Shown piece after piece: positions 61,334-64,000 of a DNA stretch of 64,000 nucleotides. This DNA is from Ramazzottius varieornatus (Eukaryota > Animalia > Tardigrada). The translations under genes and the position numbers were made by a program. The first letter of the stretch is position 1. Each line of letters begins with the position of its first letter. The notes under the pieces are model-generated. The model was not told where the DNA came from. It saw nothing but the letters and a program-made list of their open reading frames with translations, and made no database searches. The stretch lies in the NCBI GenBank assembly GCA_001949185.1, contig BDGG01000008.1, forward strand, positions 186,001 to 250,000. Reading direction: 5' to 3'.

Positions 61334-62385
61334 ATGAAAGGCATCTTCTTTGGAGCAGCGGTGTTTCTTCAGATAGCCCTGTTGTTTTGTGATGGCATCA
61401 TCATAAAAGACGAGACGCACGGTAAGCAAAGCTTTCTGTTGTGGTTTCAGCAAGCATCGTCAAGTGGCGCACCTGTTGCATCGTTGTGATCTATGGACTA
61501 CTCGCAGAGTCAATCGTTTTGTTCTTGGTTGCAGGATCGGCTCTGGCTGCAAATCCGGATACTCCCGAGGAGCTCACTGATGTTACGCAGCTCATTGTGA
61601 GCAAGGCCTTCGCTCGACCGTCGTCCGGCTGCTACTGTCTGAATGACACCTGCGCTTGCTGCGAGCATTTGGACATCCCGAGATTCCACATCAACGATAC
61701 GGGTACTTCACATGTAACCGCCCTGGGTCCAGTAGCTCAGCAGCAAGCTAGATTTATTAGCAAAAATTGATGCACGGATGGATCAGCTTTCATCGATGTG
61801 ATAGTTAAGAGGTGTCCTTTTTCTTATTTTCCTTAAATTCTTCTTCCTTCTTTCAGGATGCGTCGAGGTTATCTACCTTCGAAAGGACTATGGTCTTTCG
61901 CTCGTCCTGCTCGTCGACGGCTTTGTGCTGATCAACCGAACAATTTCCGGTATGCATTTCGTTGATCTCTTATTGATATTTTTTCAAACGTGAAGTTATG
62001 CCAACTGTGATAAAGATTACAGTACTTTATTCCCCTTCAGTGAGCAATCCTCCACCCGTCTGCTATGCAGTGCCGAAGGTTTCCGCGGCTGATCTCTGCG
62101 TGCAGTTCTTCGATCTGCACGTCCGAAACAAGGTTCTGTCAGGTATATACGCAAAATTCGTTGCCTCGTTTTTCCTGTTTCGAGCCTATAATGCTGTAGA
62201 TGAAGAGCCGTCGTTCGATGCTTTTAGGGTGTTTACGGATCATCGCCGAAATTGCCAGCCACGAAATATTGAAGAAGGACATCGGATGCATCCATTTCCC
62301 TATTTCTTACAAGGAAGCGTTCTTGGCGCGAACGGCCCATCTGATACGGCAGAAAGAGGTGGCTGACAGTCATCAAACTTTATAG
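61334..62385 (+). CDS. Secreted DUF4773-family Cys-rich protein
   Basis: Signal peptide; GCYCLNDTCACCEHLDIPRFHINDTGCV; ISVSNPPPVC; ADLCVQFFDL...LSGCL...IGCIHF. This is the characteristic CxCxxxxCxCC / SxxNPPPxC pattern. Confidence 0.8.
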
Positions 62386-62622
62386 CCACTGAAGTTTTGT
62401 CAGGAAACATCTTTGTTTATTTTCTTCTGCATATTTCCTCTCAAGTTCCTTGCCTTGGGTTTTTTGCGCAATCTGATTTTCGTTTTGCTCAGGACAGCCG
62501 GGAACAGGTGGTTGTACAACATTGTGCTACCAGCCCGGAAGTCGTAAGTCCCTCGATGAAAAAGGTCGCATGCGGTTGGTCTTCAGCTGAGTTTTTGCTT
62601 GTTGAAAGCTCCTAAGCTACAA

Positions 62623-63063
62623 GGAGAACACAGCGGAGTTGCCAGGCATGGTGGANNNNNNNNNNNNNNNNNNNNNNNNNNNNNNNNNNNNNNNNNNNNN
62701 NNNNNNNNNNNNNNNNNNNNNNNNNNNNNNNNNNNNNNNNNNNNNNNNNNNNNNNNNNNNNNNNNNNNNNNNNNNNNNNNNNNNNNNNNNNNNNNNNNNN
62801 NNNNNNNNNNNNNNNNNNNNNNNNNNNNNNNNNNNNNNNNNNNNNNNNNNNNNNNNNNNNNNNNNNNNNNNNNNNNNNNNNNNNNNNNNNNNNNNNNNNN
62901 NNNNNNNNNNNNNNNNNNNNNNNNNNNNNNNNNNNNNNNNNNNNNNNNNNNNNNNNNNNNNNNNNNNNNNNNNNNNNNNNNNNNTCAGAAGATTCGGATG
63001 AGCGGAAGGCAAAAAGTTCGACCTGACAAGTCCACCATGCCTGACAACTCTGCTATGTTCTCG
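62623..63063. mobile_element. Inverted-repeat element spanning the assembly gap (N run about 62656-62984)
   Basis: gagaacacagcggagttgccaggcatggtgga before the gap matches the reverse complement of tccaccatgcctgacaactctgctatgttctc after it. Confidence 0.7.
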
Positions 63064-63516
63064 TAGTGTATGCATGCGTGGACGGTTTCCGGTTTCATCT
63101 TGTTTACCAGTTTGAGTGGCGCTTCATGTGGCTCGACCTTGTCAGCACAACCTTGTGGAACTGCTTTTTATACTTTTTGCAGTGTGCATTCCTTTTGTTA
63201 ACACTATTACGCAACCGTTTTACAAGCTGAGCACTTTGCAGTTTGCATTCCAAGTGGGAACCATTCCGCTGCGAGACCACGTAGTGACTTCGAACCAACA
63301 TAGTTACGGTAATGAGTTTTTGATCTTTTCCGACACAACAGTTCTCAATACTTAAAATAGGACAGAGCTGCGTAAGAGAATCAAAGAGGGACTTTACGTG
63401 GCAACAATAGGAAACTGAGCTTATCGCCCTTGTACAGAAAAATAAAACTGATAAAAGTAGGATATCTGACTTTGCAAGTATGTCAGCTTGATACAAAAAG
63501 AAAGAAGAACCTAGGC

Positions 63517-64000
63517 CTAAATGCGAGTTGTACGTTGCTGTTCAGTCGTGGTGGTGGTAGAGGTCGCGCCACCAGTGTGGCTGCTGGAGTGCTTCTCAGC
63601 GCTGGTAGAGATGGATCCTTTGGAGATTGTAACGCCGATGGCAGTGTCGAACTTGACATCCACAGCGGTCTGGGCCTTTGCTTCCTCCAAAGCTTCGCGA
63701 GCTGCCTTGCGTTCCAGCTCCAGAGCTCGCATGGCGTACTCGGCTTCCAGCTGGATCTCGCGTTCTTGACGGTTGACTTGGTGCTCAATCATCTCCTTGC
63801 GGAACTCTTGAAAGGAGAAACAATTCGGAAACGAAACTTGGTTCAGCTCAAACTTCCGATCAAAATCGTCAGTTTAATCTTCAAATTAATTCTTTTTGAA
63901 TGATCGAGTTCCTTGCTTACCAAGATCGCGGATGTGTTGTCGTTCCAGAATCTGCCGGATCAGCTCAGCATCTCGTTCAACTTCCTCACGGTACATAGCA
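63517..64000 (-). CDS. CAHS: Cytosolic abundant heat-soluble (CAHS) protein, CAHS3-like; last two exons, 5' part outside the window
   Basis: AMYREEVERDAELIRQILERQHIRDL|EFRKEMIEHQVNRQEREIQLEAEYAMRALELERKAAREALEEAKAQTAVDVKFDTAIGVTISKG contains the two conserved CAHS motifs. Confidence 0.93.

Noticed and set aside
62599-63075. Long ORFs containing X runs
   Set aside because: Artefacts of the assembly gap; the flanks are inverted repeats of a non-coding element.
1-64000. CRISPR arrays, tRNA/rRNA genes, autonomous transposases
   Set aside because: None recognised by eye; tRNAscan-SE or Infernal would be needed to exclude small ncRNAs.

Overview
This is a gene-dense, intron-rich eukaryotic window with mostly 50-90 nt GT-AG introns and about 29 predicted genes. 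It is almost certainly from a eutardigrade, probably Ramazzottius-like. That inference rests on a CAHS desiccation protein at the right edge and a five-copy array of secreted C2-fold genes matching the AMNP Mn-peroxidase family. Conserved genes are RIDA, an MPPE1/Ted1-like phosphoesterase, METTL15, a PLXDC-like receptor, LTA4H, a clan-2 P450, WIPI/Atg18, CYP51, LSS, OSTM1, a C-type lectin and a DUF4773 gene. There are also three tandem CRISP-like CAP genes, a Gly/Tyr-rich secreted protein, several orphans and at least seven TIR-bearing MITE-like insertions. The most striking feature is an intact, animal-type lanosterol synthase (LSS) and lanosterol 14-alpha-demethylase (CYP51) arranged head-to-head with only about 516 bp between start codons. 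These are consecutive steps of de novo sterol synthesis, in a superphylum whose best-studied members (insects, nematodes) are sterol auxotrophs. A second divergent lipid-enzyme pair lies about 2.5 kb away: LTA4H with an unusual N-terminal membrane anchor, opposite a CYP2-clan P450. All gene models were spliced by eye and family calls rest on recalled motifs; no database searches were run.
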